A stretch of 64,000 nucleotides of DNA from Escherichia coli (lineage in GTDB: Bacteria > Pseudomonadota > Gammaproteobacteria > Enterobacterales > Enterobacteriaceae). The stretch's first letter is position 1; each line of letters begins with the position of its first letter. The DNA lies in assembly GCF_003334305.1 (NCBI RefSeq), contig NZ_QOWS01000011.1; one strand, written 5' to 3'. The notes below the pieces were generated by a model that was given only the letters and a program-made list of their open reading frames with translations, made no database searches and was not told where the DNA came from. Position numbers and translations under genes: made by a program. Positions 1-9,896 of this stretch are shown piece after piece.

Positions 1-19
1 TGACGGCGCTGTGTCTGGC

Positions 20-77
<58 letters not shown>

Positions 78-153
78 TCAATCTGCATTCTCACCGAACT
101 TACTCGAACGCCCACGTCTGGAAAGCCATCTACAAAAACTCCTGACCGATGCC

Positions 154-582
154 GTGAAAATGCGTGGGCTGATTGCGCCCGCCAGCAAAGAAACCCGTAT
201 TCCAAAATCGATATATGAAGGTATCCAGACCATTAACCGCAATCTGGTTTGTATGCTGGAGTTGCAAATCAATGCGTACTGGGCCACGCGCCCCAGCCAT
301 TTCGTGTTATTGAACGCGCAAAAACTTCGTGATACCCAGCACATGATGCAGCAAATACTGCTGAGCCTTGTTCATGCGCTGTACGAAGGTAATCCGCAGC
401 CGGTTTTTGCCAATACGGAAAAATTGAACGATGCTGTGGAAGAGCTGCGTCAGTTGCTCAATAACCACCATGACCTGAAGGTTGTGGAAACACCAATCTA
501 TGGTTATGTGTGGCTGAACATGGAAACGGCACATCAGCTTGAGTTGCTATCGAATCTGATTTGCCGGGCCTTGCGCAAATAA
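154..582 (+). CDS. hypothetical protein; by position probably the 3' part of a yeeA-like inner-membrane protein gene
   Basis: ORF track 142 aa (GTG at 154, ATG at 160); lies directly upstream of yeeX in the same orientation, as yeeA does in E. coli K-12; in-frame TGA at 1-3 so any upstream continuation needs a frame change; no motif recognised. Confidence 0.4.
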   Translation: MKMRGLIAPASKETRIPKSIYEGIQTINRNLVCMLELQINAYWATRPSHFVLLNAQKLRDTQHMMQQILLSLVHALYEGNPQPVFANTEKLNDAVEELRQLLNNHHDLKVVETPIYGYVWLNMETAHQLELLSNLICRALRK

Positions 583-753
583 TTCCTGAACTTCAGAATC
601 ATCTTGCTGCTGCTTCGATTCAGCAAGGATAAAGGGTATGATAGTGAAAAGGGATAAAAGCATTGTCATCTGCGGCAGCTATGAGTAATGTTGGCCCTAA
701 CGAATAGCGGTTGCTTAAACGAATCCGACTCTCACATTATCAGGGGTATAAAA

Positions 754-1083
754 ATGGAAACTACCAAGCCTTCATTCCAGGACGTACTGGAATTTGTTCG
801 TCTGTTCCGTCGTAAGAACAAACTGCAACGTGAAATTCAGGACGTTGAGAAAAAGATCCGTGACAACCAGAAGCGCGTCCTGCTGCTGGACAACCTGAGC
901 GATTACATCAAGCCGGGGATGAGCGTTGAAGCAATCCAGGGCATCATCGCCAGCATGAAAGGTGACTATGAAGATCGCGTTGACGATTACATTATCAAAA
1001 ATGCCGAGCTCTCCAAAGAACGCCGTGATATCTCCAAAAAGCTGAAAGCTATGGGCGAAATGAAAAACGGCGAAGCGAAGTAA
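754..1083 (+). CDS. yeeX: DUF496-family protein YeeX
   Basis: Internal ATG at 754 gives 109 aa starting [30 protein letters not shown], matching recalled E. coli YeeX length and sequence. Confidence 0.8.
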   Translation: METTKPSFQDVLEFVRLFRRKNKLQREIQDVEKKIRDNQKRVLLLDNLSDYIKPGMSVEAIQGIIASMKGDYEDRVDDYIIKNAELSKERRDISKKLKAMGEMKNGEAK

Positions 1084-1097
1084 TTCCTGTTTTATTC

Positions 1098-1124
1098 AAT
1101 GAGGGTTGCCCGGCAACCCTCATT
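1098..1124. terminator. bidirectional hairpin between convergent yeeX and pduV
   Basis: Perfect inverted repeat aatgagggttgcc / ggcaaccctcatt located between the two convergent stop codons. Confidence 0.55.
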
Positions 1125-1183
1125 GCTCATTGATTCTTTTCTGTGTATCAAAGTCATCATTCCCATCTGATAACCTATCGAAA

Positions 1184-1627
1184 TTAGCGACAGACATCTT
1201 CTGTATGCAGCAAGGCAAAAAGTTCTGTAACTCCATTGTTATTAACCGCACTGGTTACTAACACGTTGTGCGCTCCGGCTTCCCGTAACCAACATTTCAC
1301 CAAAGATATTTGTTCCATGCTGGCTAAATCTGCTTTGGTTACTACTCCAATGACCGGGCGATTCATTGACGAGGTAAAGCCTGGCGAAAAAGGTGACCAC
1401 GGTGCGTCCGCATTAAGCACCAGCGCGATAATGTCTGCTTCGCAGGCGCTGACCAACAATGCACTGTAGAGGCTTCGGTTTTCCAGGTATTCGCCTGGTG
1501 TATCAATGGTGGTCGGGGACCAGACGATTGCTTGCGTTTTCTGATAATGAATATTTTCGCCGCGCAGACATTGCGTGAGTGACGTTTTTCCGCACTGGCT
1601 GGGGCCGATGAGCATCATACGTTGCAT
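1184..1627 (-). CDS. pduV: PduV, EutP/PduV-family GTPase of the propanediol microcompartment
   Basis: 147 aa; P-loop GPSQCGKTS; last gene of the pdu block, same order as Salmonella pdu operon. Confidence 0.85.
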   Translation of the reverse strand: MQRMMLIGPSQCGKTSLTQCLRGENIHYQKTQAIVWSPTTIDTPGEYLENRSLYSALLVSACEADIIALVLNADAPWSPFSPGFTSSMNRPVIGVVTKADLASMEQISLVKCWLREAGAHNVLVTSAVNNNGVTELFALLHTEDVCR

Positions 1628-1631
1628 AACG

Positions 1632-1982
1632 TCAGGTCCGCGTAATGGGGCAGGCGGTAAAGCGCATCATTTCACCCAGCGTACGGGTAACCTGGCTAAG
1701 TGCATATTCAATCGCAGAAACATCACCAGTCAGCACTACGGCACCGGTAAAACGATCAAGAAAACCGATCTCTACAGCGCCTGATTTTGTGGCGATATCG
1801 CATGCGATGATAGATGCTTCGCTGGGGGTAATCGTCAGAATGCCAATAGCGGAAATGGTGTCTGGTAAACCCAATTTCTTAAACAGATCCTTCCCTGGAT
1901 TGGCAATGACATGTGCCAGCGTGACCTGCTTACCAGGGACATATTCCTGAATCATCCGTTCAGTTGTGTGCTGAGTTGTCAT
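1632..1982 (-). CDS. pduU: PduU, microcompartment shell protein
   Basis: 116 aa from ATG at 1982 (TAATG overlap with pduT stop); starts [24 protein letters not shown], close to recalled Salmonella PduU. Confidence 0.8.
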   Translation of the reverse strand: MTTQHTTERMIQEYVPGKQVTLAHVIANPGKDLFKKLGLPDTISAIGILTITPSEASIIACDIATKSGAVEIGFLDRFTGAVVLTGDVSAIEYALSQVTRTLGEMMRFTACPITRT

Positions 1983-2536
1983 TATCCCTCCACCATCTGA
2001 CGCCACATGGCTTCATGTGGACGGGCAATCACCGACCGATAGACCAACAAACCTTTTTCCCCCGCACGCTCGCTGGCGACAGAGACCGCGTTATTAACAT
2101 CTGAAATATCGCCAGCAACCACCATGTAGCATTTACCGCCAATGCCAAAAGCCATATGTACGCGAACGAGAATGACATTCGCAGCTTTGACAGCACAATC
2201 GGCAGCGTCAATGCAGGCGGCGACACTCCAGGTTTCGACTACGCCGACAGCCCGGTGCTGCTCAACATGGTTAAGTCCGCTGATTGCAGTAAGGAGGCTG
2301 GGATGAATATTCGGCAGGACAAGACTGTCGACCAGCATTTCACCAGCAAGGGACGCTCCGCTGTTGATGGCCTGTTGCACCGCGCCCACATCGCCACCGA
2401 GCATCAGCAGAAATTTTCCGGGGCATAGCGTTTTGCTGACCAGTAACTCAACGTTGGCGCTTTTCAGCATGGCGTCGCCGGTTTCCATCCCTTTCGCGAT
2501 ACTGCTAAGTTCTAAAATACCTACCGCTTTCGACAT
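1982..2536 (-). CDS. pduT: PduT, microcompartment shell protein with tandem BMC domains
   Basis: 184 aa, two BMC-domain repeats ([10 protein letters not shown]... and [11 protein letters not shown]...); position between pduS and pduU. Confidence 0.85.
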   Translation of the reverse strand: MSKAVGILELSSIAKGMETGDAMLKSANVELLVSKTLCPGKFLLMLGGDVGAVQQAINSGASLAGEMLVDSLVLPNIHPSLLTAISGLNHVEQHRAVGVVETWSVAACIDAADCAVKAANVILVRVHMAFGIGGKCYMVVAGDISDVNNAVSVASERAGEKGLLVYRSVIARPHEAMWRQMVEG

Positions 2537-2538
2537 GG

Positions 2539-3882
2539 TTAACCTCTCACAAGCGTAATCGCGTTTTCTGTCACATCGCTGACCATGCCATCAATACTGG
2601 CATGAATGGGGGCACCTAATGTGCCGTGTGGAATTTGACCTACACATTGCCCATGAACGACGCGATCGCCTTTTTGTACACACGCAATTGCGCTGGCACC
2701 GATGTGCTGGCGTAACAATAACGTCACTTTTTCGGGCTGAGGCACCTGTTCAGACAATGGCGCATCCTGATACCACGGGGTTAAGCCAAGTCTGGTTACC
2801 AGCCGTTTTACGGGAATCAGTCGATAATTTGCCATGGGATCTGCAGGATTTAAGGCACCTTCGTAGCGGAGATTTTGTGCGCGTAATTCCTGCTTAAGCA
2901 GGCGGTTTATGCGCATTGGTGAAATTCCTACCGGACAGGCGACACTGGCGCAGACGTTGCACTCTGAACAGGTGAGCGCTGTCAGTAACAGTTGCGGCGT
3001 GGCGAGCTGTTGGTAGTTAACCGCACGTACTAATAAATGGGGTGCCAGTTCGTGACCGATTAAATGACGTGGGCAGAGATCGGTACACAAGCGGCATTGC
3101 TCACAAACAGTTTTCGCGACGGCAAGTACGCTGCGGTCATTCTGCAATCGACGTTGGATCAGTGAATGAGAGTTGGGTAAAACCAGCAAGCCGCCAGTGG
3201 TTTTGCTGACTGGTGTGTCGAGCGATGTGATCAAACTTCCCATCATCGGCCCGCCATTGATAAAACCAGGAGCATCCACTGTTGCGCCGCCCGCCAGCGC
3301 CAGGACTTCACGTAAAGACATGCCGATGGGGACGGTTACCGTTATTGGTTTCGCCACTGCACCATTAACGGTGAGTGTGCGGCGCGTCACTGGATACTGT
3401 TGCTCGACGGCTCTGGTAATATTAAGTACGGTTTGAACATTATTGACCACCACACCGACGCTAACGGGTAATGCAGCGGGTGGAACGCGGCGACCAGTTG
3501 CCATCCAGATGGTCAGCACTTCGTCTCCTGCCGGGTAAACATCGGGCAAAATATGCAGGCGGATATCCGGTGGTAACAGTGGTGTGAGTGCGTTTATTGC
3601 CCGTTGATATTTCTCTTTCAGCGCGATGATTCCGCTGCTGGCCCCGGTGGCTTTCATCGCATAGTGAACACCGCGAAGCAGGCGGCTGGCTTGCTGCGCC
3701 ATTAACTGTTGATCCACTTTCAACATGGGTTCGCATTCCGCCGCATTCACCAGGAAAGTGTCAACACGCGCTTGTAGCTTAATATGGGTTGGAAAACCTG
3801 CGCCGCCAGCACCCACGACACCTGCTGCTTGTACTCGCTCGCGGATGGTCTGGTCGTCGCAGGAGGTTAACTTGACGTTCAT
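2539..3882 (-). CDS. pduS: PduS, cobalamin reductase (flavo-iron-sulfur protein)
   Basis: 447 aa; Gly-rich nucleotide-binding loop [15 protein letters not shown]; two Cys clusters [12 protein letters not shown] and [13 protein letters not shown] typical of 4Fe-4S ferredoxin motifs. Confidence 0.85.
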   Translation of the reverse strand: MNVKLTSCDDQTIRERVQAAGVVGAGGAGFPTHIKLQARVDTFLVNAAECEPMLKVDQQLMAQQASRLLRGVHYAMKATGASSGIIALKEKYQRAINALTPLLPPDIRLHILPDVYPAGDEVLTIWMATGRRVPPAALPVSVGVVVNNVQTVLNITRAVEQQYPVTRRTLTVNGAVAKPITVTVPIGMSLREVLALAGGATVDAPGFINGGPMMGSLITSLDTPVSKTTGGLLVLPNSHSLIQRRLQNDRSVLAVAKTVCEQCRLCTDLCPRHLIGHELAPHLLVRAVNYQQLATPQLLLTALTCSECNVCASVACPVGISPMRINRLLKQELRAQNLRYEGALNPADPMANYRLIPVKRLVTRLGLTPWYQDAPLSEQVPQPEKVTLLLRQHIGASAIACVQKGDRVVHGQCVGQIPHGTLGAPIHASIDGMVSDVTENAITLVRG

Positions 3883-4991
3883 AACAACTCCTCGAGCAGT
3901 TCTGCAATTGCGGAGGCATCAGCCGCACGCGGGTTGGTACGCAACGTTGCATCCGCCAGTGCCGCCTGAACCATATCTGGTATGCGTATTGACCATTCTG
4001 CTTTTTTTTCTTTCAGCGCATTAGCAAAAGTCGGCAGCGTACAGGTTGTTTTAAGCTGCTCAATATGTTGAATAAGTGCATTCAGGCTGGCGGTGTCATT
4101 GGCGTTGTCCGGGCATAAATGGCACGTTTTCGCCAGCCGGGCATAGCGTTTGGCTGTGCGCGGATCGCCAGCATTAAAGCGGATAACTGCCGTGAGCAGG
4201 AGCGCATTCGCCAGTCCATGCTGCAGATGAAACTGTCCGCCGAGTTGATGAGCAATTGCATGGTTTAAACCGAGTCCGGCCTGGCTAAAGGCCATTCCTG
4301 CAAGCGTCGATGCATTATGCATTTTGCCACGGGTGGCAAGACAATCGCCTTTTTTCACTGCAGTGGGCAGGTATTGAAAAACAATTTGCACGGCTTTTTC
4401 GACCAGTGCATCCGTGAAGTCGCTGGCGCGAGGAGAAACATAAGCTTCAAGCGCATGGGTTAAAACATCCATCCCGGTATTGGCCGTTATCGCCGGTGGC
4501 ACGCTGACGATCAGAGATGGATCAAGGATCGCGATATCCGGATAAAGTGCATTATCGAAAAGGGGATATTTAATCCCTTTCTCAGGATCGCTGATGACAC
4601 AAGCACTGGTCACTTCGGAACCGGTACCGCTGGTGGTAGGAATGGCTACGCAGGTTTCAATTTCAATGCCACACTGGCGACCGAACCAGACAATCGCTTT
4701 TGCGGCGTCCAGGGCAGAACCGCCGCCAAAACCGATAACCACATCCGGGCGTAAAGTCTGCATTTGCGCAATGCCTTTCACCACGGTCTGGATAGTTGGG
4801 TCGGGCGTTATTTCGCTAAAAATACTAAGACGATTACTGTCGGGCAGCGCCTGATGCAACGTGTTAATGAGTGGTGAGCGTGCCAGAAAGACGTCGCAAA
4901 TAATCCAGATGTGTTTATGAGAGAAACGGCTAATTACCTTGAGACTTCCCGGTCCGCTGTATAAACGCGTCTGCAGTGAAAAAGTATTCAT
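3879..4991 (-). CDS. pduQ: PduQ, iron-dependent 1-propanol dehydrogenase
   Basis: 370 aa; Fe-ADH motif GFGGGSALDAAKA; operon position. Confidence 0.85.
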   Translation of the reverse strand: MNTFSLQTRLYSGPGSLKVISRFSHKHIWIICDVFLARSPLINTLHQALPDSNRLSIFSEITPDPTIQTVVKGIAQMQTLRPDVVIGFGGGSALDAAKAIVWFGRQCGIEIETCVAIPTTSGTGSEVTSACVISDPEKGIKYPLFDNALYPDIAILDPSLIVSVPPAITANTGMDVLTHALEAYVSPRASDFTDALVEKAVQIVFQYLPTAVKKGDCLATRGKMHNASTLAGMAFSQAGLGLNHAIAHQLGGQFHLQHGLANALLLTAVIRFNAGDPRTAKRYARLAKTCHLCPDNANDTASLNALIQHIEQLKTTCTLPTFANALKEKKAEWSIRIPDMVQAALADATLRTNPRAADASAIAELLEELL

Positions 4992-5001
4992 TTCCGTTTC
5001 T

Positions 5002-6387
5002 CTAGCGAATTGAAAAGCCGCTGGTTAACACGCAGCGTCGTGAGCGGGCAAAAGTCCGTGCTGACGTTGTCCCTTCTCCGGTCGGTGTTGCAATGGTAAA
5101 GGTCGTAAAGCCTTCGCCGCCGACGCCAATACCCGCCCAGGAGGGGCCGTTTTTGACAAAGATTGAGGTTTGCATAACGCGTGCGGCAAGGTTGAGCCGT
5201 GAGACGTTCTGCGAGTGCATAATTGCCGTGTGGTGCAAGCCGTCTTCCACTTTCAGTGCCAGGGTGAGAGCGCTATCAAAATCGTTGACCTTCACAATGG
5301 GCAGCATTGGCATCAGTTGTTCACAAGTAACCCAACTATCATTGGCGTCGACAACAGCAATCAGTAGGCGCGGCGCTTTTGCGGGCAAAGGGAGGCCTGC
5401 CGCTTCCAGCAAGGCTGATGGGCTTTTCCCAACCAGTTTTTTGTTGGCGCTACCGTCTGGCAGGCAAATTGCACGCAATTTCTCAGTTTGCTCATAGTTA
5501 AGAAGAAGTGCGCCAAAACTTTGCATCTGCTGAATTAAATAATCTGCCACTGATGCCACGACAATCAGGCTTTTTTCAGCAATACACGGCAGGTTGTAAT
5601 CAAATGAAGCGCCGTTGATGATGTCCTCGGCGGCTTTCACAATATCCGCCGTTTCATCGACGATGCACGGAGGGTTACCCGCTCCGGCACCAATCACTTT
5701 CTTGCCACTTTTCATTCCCATGGCGACGATCCCCGGACCGCCGGTAATCGCCAGAACGCTGATTTTAGGGTGCGCCATCATCTGTTCGGTGGCAGCAAAG
5801 GTCGGTTCAGATACGGTAACGATCAGGTTATGAATGCCACTACAGCGAAACGCGATGTCTTCGATTGTGGTAATCAGTTTTAACGAAACGTTTTTGGCAC
5901 CCGGGTGTGGACTGAAGTAGACGCTATTACCTGCTGCCAGCATGCTGATGCTGTTGTTAATGATGGTTTCCGTGGGGTTGGTGCTTGGCGTGACCGAGCC
6001 AATCACCCCAAACGGAGAGTACTCAAACAAAACCATGCCACCATCACCGGTTAGTGCTGTGGTGGTTAAATCTTCAATTCCTGGCGTGTTATCAAGTGCC
6101 GCTTTGTTTTTTAGGTACTTATCTTCTTTATTTCCCATCCCCGTTTCTTTGGCGCTTTCTTCTGCCAGTTCGGTAAGGCGGGGCATTAATTCTTCGCGAA
6201 TGGCGCTGATAATGGCGCTACGGGTTTTAAGCGGACACTGTTGAAAGCGTAAAAAGGCCTGGTGTGCTGCGCAGACCGCTTCATCAACAGTCTGGAAAAT
6301 AGCGTTTCTTTGCGTTCGTGGTGTAGCGGGGACAAGTTGCTCGCGCAGAATATTGCGGATCAGTGTTTCTAATTCAGAGTTATTCAT
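5002..6387 (-). CDS. pduP: PduP, CoA-acylating propionaldehyde dehydrogenase
   Basis: 461 aa; starts MNNSELETLIRNIL, close to recalled Salmonella PduP; aldehyde-dehydrogenase fold motifs (GAGNPPCIVDETAD). Confidence 0.85.
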   Translation of the reverse strand: MNNSELETLIRNILREQLVPATPRTQRNAIFQTVDEAVCAAHQAFLRFQQCPLKTRSAIISAIREELMPRLTELAEESAKETGMGNKEDKYLKNKAALDNTPGIEDLTTTALTGDGGMVLFEYSPFGVIGSVTPSTNPTETIINNSISMLAAGNSVYFSPHPGAKNVSLKLITTIEDIAFRCSGIHNLIVTVSEPTFAATEQMMAHPKISVLAITGGPGIVAMGMKSGKKVIGAGAGNPPCIVDETADIVKAAEDIINGASFDYNLPCIAEKSLIVVASVADYLIQQMQSFGALLLNYEQTEKLRAICLPDGSANKKLVGKSPSALLEAAGLPLPAKAPRLLIAVVDANDSWVTCEQLMPMLPIVKVNDFDSALTLALKVEDGLHHTAIMHSQNVSRLNLAARVMQTSIFVKNGPSWAGIGVGGEGFTTFTIATPTGEGTTSARTFARSRRCVLTSGFSIR

Positions 6388-7391
6388 TGGTTTACTCCCA
6401 CGTTAATTGCCGCCATTGCGCTTTGAGCAATATCCATGTCTTGTTCAACGCTACCGCCGCTGATGCCAAGCCCGCCAAGCAATTTTCCGTCACGCCAGAG
6501 GGGGAAGCCGCCACCAAAAGTGACGACTTTGCCTTGCATATGGCTTTCGAGCCCGTAAAGCGGCGCGCCGGGTTGCACGGTATCAGCAAGTTTGTGGGTT
6601 GCCGTTTTCATCGCCACGGCGGTCCAGGCTTTTTTCGGTGCCAGTTCACTGCTGACCAACAGGGCATCAGGCATCCGCCAGGTAACACTTTCTGTTCCGT
6701 TGGCATCAACAATGCTGATGACAACGGGAATATGCAGTTCATCCGCGCGCATTGCCGCACTACGAATGAGCTGGTGAAGATCCTGAAAAGTGAGCGGCAT
6801 TGTGCGTTCCTTCAATGCTGGTATGTGGTTGGCTTCGTGATAACGTTTTGTGATTTCCTGAATCATCAGGTTTTGATGAGCAACGTTGTCTTCCACGCGG
6901 GCGAGGGCATACAGACAATCGGAAAGTCGGTTGATATAGTGCAGCAAAACATTCCGGACGGTGGTTTCCGTTGTCAGTTCAACCAGACGTCTTTCAGCCC
7001 GTCGAGCCACTGTGCGGGCGAAATGCATGCGGCTCGCGGCTTCACATCGACCAGGCAGAATGAAGCTGTGAACTGGGGGGACGGCGTTCATTGCGCTATC
7101 GATCGCGTTTTCCAGCGCAGCAATTTCTTCCGTACCGATGTAACGCTGTTGCGCTGACGGCTGTTCACTTTCACTGGCGAGTTCGGCGCTAAACCAAAAT
7201 ATCTGTTGTTGAATGGCTTCCAGTAAGATGCGATGGCTTTCGATGGCGGTGGCGCAATAACACAGACTGAGTGTCGCGTTCAGTTCATCCAGCGTGCCAT
7301 AGGTTTCGACACGTAGATGAGTTTTGCTGACGCGCTGTCCGGTAAATAAAGACGTACTTCCTGAATCACCTGTTCGGGTATAAATTGCCAT
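6384..7391 (-). CDS. pduO: PduO, ATP:cob(I)alamin adenosyltransferase
   Basis: 335 aa; N-terminal PduO-type motif IYTRTGDSGSTSLF; overlaps pduP start by 4 nt. Confidence 0.85.
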   Translation of the reverse strand: MAIYTRTGDSGSTSLFTGQRVSKTHLRVETYGTLDELNATLSLCYCATAIESHRILLEAIQQQIFWFSAELASESEQPSAQQRYIGTEEIAALENAIDSAMNAVPPVHSFILPGRCEAASRMHFARTVARRAERRLVELTTETTVRNVLLHYINRLSDCLYALARVEDNVAHQNLMIQEITKRYHEANHIPALKERTMPLTFQDLHQLIRSAAMRADELHIPVVISIVDANGTESVTWRMPDALLVSSELAPKKAWTAVAMKTATHKLADTVQPGAPLYGLESHMQGKVVTFGGGFPLWRDGKLLGGLGISGGSVEQDMDIAQSAMAAINVGVNQ

Positions 7392-7402
7392 CTTTTAGCT
7401 CC

Positions 7403-7678
7403 TTAGCGCGAAAGCGTATCGACAATGCCGACCACTGCCAGGTCGATGGCCTCGTTAGGGCCTGAAAACACATGTCTGGCGCTGGAACCACTGCTGAGGA
7501 GTACCAACTCACCAACGCCTGCGCCGACTGAATCAACGGCAACTTCGTCGCCGGTTAATGGCGTGAGAGGCAGTTCGCCGTCAGCACTGATCCGGCGAAC
7601 CAGCAGCAGTTTTTTCCCGATCAGAGAAGGTGATTTTTGCGTGGATACTACCGCGCCAGTGACTCGAGCCAGATGCAT
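7403..7678 (-). CDS. pduN: PduN, microcompartment vertex (EutN/CcmL-family) protein
   Basis: 91 aa; [15 protein letters not shown]... typical EutN/CcmL pentamer sequence. Confidence 0.85.
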   Translation of the reverse strand: MHLARVTGAVVSTQKSPSLIGKKLLLVRRISADGELPLTPLTGDEVAVDSVGAGVGELVLLSSGSSARHVFSGPNEAIDLAVVGIVDTLSR

Positions 7679-7681
7679 AAG

Positions 7682-8173
7682 TTACTCCTGCCTGATTAAC
7701 TGAATATTTCGGGTAATTGCCGCTTCACGAGCCAGTGCGGTCACACAACATTTCCGCTGTAAAACCAGTATTCCCGAGCTTAACTGTGCGATATCGGCAT
7801 AACTTAAAAGTCGATCACGATGAAGGTAGATCGGTTGCCCTTGTTCGTCGCACCAGCTTAGCGGTAGACGGGCGAGAGTCTTCAATTCAATGGCGTTCAG
7901 GAAATGACGCTGCAACGACAATTGAATGTGCAATCCCCAGGCTAACGCTTCGTGTATCTGAATCGCTGCTCGATCTGACGTTTCGTTCTCCGCAAGTTGT
8001 CGCAGCAGCGGCAGATCGACATATCGGATTTGTAATGACGCATACTGATGAACGCTCTCTTGAACGCTGGCGTCTCGCAGTTGAAAAACAGTCAGCACGA
8101 GTGTTTTTCCCGCACGTTGTTTAAGGCGAAAAACCACTTCGTCAACAATACGTTGCATCAGCATGTTATTCAT
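7682..8173 (-). CDS. pduM: PduM, microcompartment structural protein
   Basis: 163 aa, operon position between pduL and pduN; no catalytic motif. Confidence 0.75.
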   Translation of the reverse strand: MNNMLMQRIVDEVVFRLKQRAGKTLVLTVFQLRDASVQESVHQYASLQIRYVDLPLLRQLAENETSDRAAIQIHEALAWGLHIQLSLQRHFLNAIELKTLARLPLSWCDEQGQPIYLHRDRLLSYADIAQLSSGILVLQRKCCVTALAREAAITRNIQLIRQE

Positions 8174-8802
8174 GGCACTGACACCAGTGTGGCAAAAACG
8201 TCAGGGCTATCAGCGCCTGCGGCGTTGGCCTCATCGGTATCAATATGCATTTCAAGACGCATATCCGGAGAGACGCGAACAGCGACGTTTTCGAATATCA
8301 GTCGTCGCTCATCACCTTCAATGGCAACCGCCACTTTATCGCCATGCGTAACGCCATAAATCAGGGCATCCAGCGGAGACATATGAATATGCCGTTGCGC
8401 GACAATAACGCCAGATGTGATCTCCAGTTCCGCAAATGGGCTTATCAAACGAATCCCCGGAGTGCCGCTGAGATCGCCTGACATGCGTAGCGGGGCGGTG
8501 ATCCCTAACGTTCTGGCGTCCGTCCGGGAAATTTCCACCTGACTTGCATTGCGTAGCGGCCCCAACAAGCGAACGTTGTGCAATTTGCCTTTTGGTCCCT
8601 CCAGCGTAACAACCTGTTCCGCAGCGTATTGGCCAGGTTGCATTAACGGCTTTTTCTCGCTAATCGGTTGTTCAGGAAAAAGACGCAAATAATCCGCTGT
8701 TGAAAGATGTATATGGCGACTGGAAACGCCCAGTGGGATAGGGCGCTCGCGCATCTCATCCAGAATCTGGTTCACTGTTTCCTGCAAGGTTTGTTTATCC
8801 AC
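8170..8802 (-). CDS. pduL: PduL, phosphate propanoyltransferase
   Basis: 210 aa; starts MDKQTLQETVNQILDEM; size and position match PduL. Confidence 0.85.
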   Translation of the reverse strand: MDKQTLQETVNQILDEMRERPIPLGVSSRHIHLSTADYLRLFPEQPISEKKPLMQPGQYAAEQVVTLEGPKGKLHNVRLLGPLRNASQVEISRTDARTLGITAPLRMSGDLSGTPGIRLISPFAELEITSGVIVAQRHIHMSPLDALIYGVTHGDKVAVAIEGDERRLIFENVAVRVSPDMRLEMHIDTDEANAAGADSPDVFATLVSVP

Positions 8803-8804
8803 TG

Positions 8805-9227
8805 CTACTCCCCTCGCTTATTGGCGTACAGGCAAAGTGAGCGGGGCTCACCTTTTTGCCGCTGACATGCCGGGTCAAGACACAAATTACAACTGATAAT
8901 CTCTGAGGTGACGGTTGTTGCTGGTGTTTTGCTTGTTTCAACCGTCACGGTCAATGCTTCAGTTGTGTGGGGCAGAATGCCGTCTCCCGGGCGGGCAATC
9001 ACTTTGTGTGCGACAAGGCCATTTCGCTGTCCGGCGAAACTGGCTCCCGTCGCGATCGCCGCATTAACCGAGGCGACGTCACCGGTGATTTTGATGAGCG
9101 TCCAGCCTGAGCCATTGGTCTTCTCAAGGCCAACCAGCGTGATGGACGCGGCTTTTGCCATAGCGTCTGCGCAACTGATGGCGAGAGCCAGACCACTGAC
9201 TTCAAGTAATCCCAGTGATTGCTTCAC
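8805..9227 (-). CDS. pduK: PduK, microcompartment shell protein with C-terminal Cys-rich extension
   Basis: 140 aa; N-terminal BMC domain (LGLLEVSGLALAISCADAMAKAA), C-terminal tail with CNLCLDPACQ...C. Confidence 0.8.
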   Translation of the reverse strand: MKQSLGLLEVSGLALAISCADAMAKAASITLVGLEKTNGSGWTLIKITGDVASVNAAIATGASFAGQRNGLVAHKVIARPGDGILPHTTEALTVTVETSKTPATTVTSEIISCNLCLDPACQRQKGEPRSLCLYANKRGE

Positions 9228-9250
9228 GCTGTGCTCCTTAGTAAATGGGG

Positions 9251-9526
9251 TTATGCCGATTTAGGTAAAATAGCCTCAACATCACTGTGTGGGCGCGGGA
9301 TGACATGGCAGGATTTCACTTCGCCAACGGCGCTTGCGGCGGCGCTTCCTGCGTCAACGGCGGCTTTTACTGCGCCAACATCGCCACGGACCATCACTGT
9401 AATCAGACCCGAACCAATCTTTTCATAGCCAACCAGTTGCACGTTGGCGGATTTAACCATGGCATCTGCAGCTTCAATTGCGCCAACTAACCCTTTTGTT
9501 TCAACCAGTCCTAGTGCGTTGTTCAT
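9251..9526 (-). CDS. pduJ: PduJ, major microcompartment shell protein
   Basis: 91 aa; canonical BMC domain [26 protein letters not shown]. Confidence 0.9.
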   Translation of the reverse strand: MNNALGLVETKGLVGAIEAADAMVKSANVQLVGYEKIGSGLITVMVRGDVGAVKAAVDAGSAAASAVGEVKSCHVIPRPHSDVEAILPKSA

Positions 9527-9545
9527 ACAGCGTTTCTCCTGTGGA

Positions 9546-9896
9546 TTATGAGTGGCATTCCCTGAAGGGAATGCCTTTTACCAGGCGGGCAGCGTTATTG
9601 CCGATGCTGCGCCGGGTATGGTTATCTTGTTGATACATCAGCGTAAACAGTGGCGCTGATGCCGGTAAGTTTTTGTAATGCACAATCAGCTTTTCCCGGT
9701 CGCAGGCTATGCCAACCAACAGGGGGGACTGACGAGCAGCCTGCCAGGCGCTATCGATGACTTCACCTGACGGGATATGTTGAATGCGAAAGGGGATGCC
9801 TTCCTCTTCAATGCCAAGAAGCACCTCATTCCATGTACTGATACAGTCACCTATTTCCGTAACGACAATAGCGGGCGTATGTTCTTTACTTTCCAT
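9546..9896 (-). CDS. pduH: PduH, diol dehydratase reactivase small subunit
   Basis: 116 aa; position after pduG with overlapping start/stop. Confidence 0.8.
   Translation of the reverse strand: MESKEHTPAIVVTEIGDCISTWNEVLLGIEEEGIPFRIQHIPSGEVIDSAWQAARQSPLLVGIACDREKLIVHYKNLPASAPLFTLMYQQDNHTRRSIGNNAARLVKGIPFRECHS

Noticed and set aside
6363-7157. 264-aa plus-strand ORF antisense to pduO
   Set aside because: Entirely contained in the confidently assigned pduO gene on the other strand; no independent start signal
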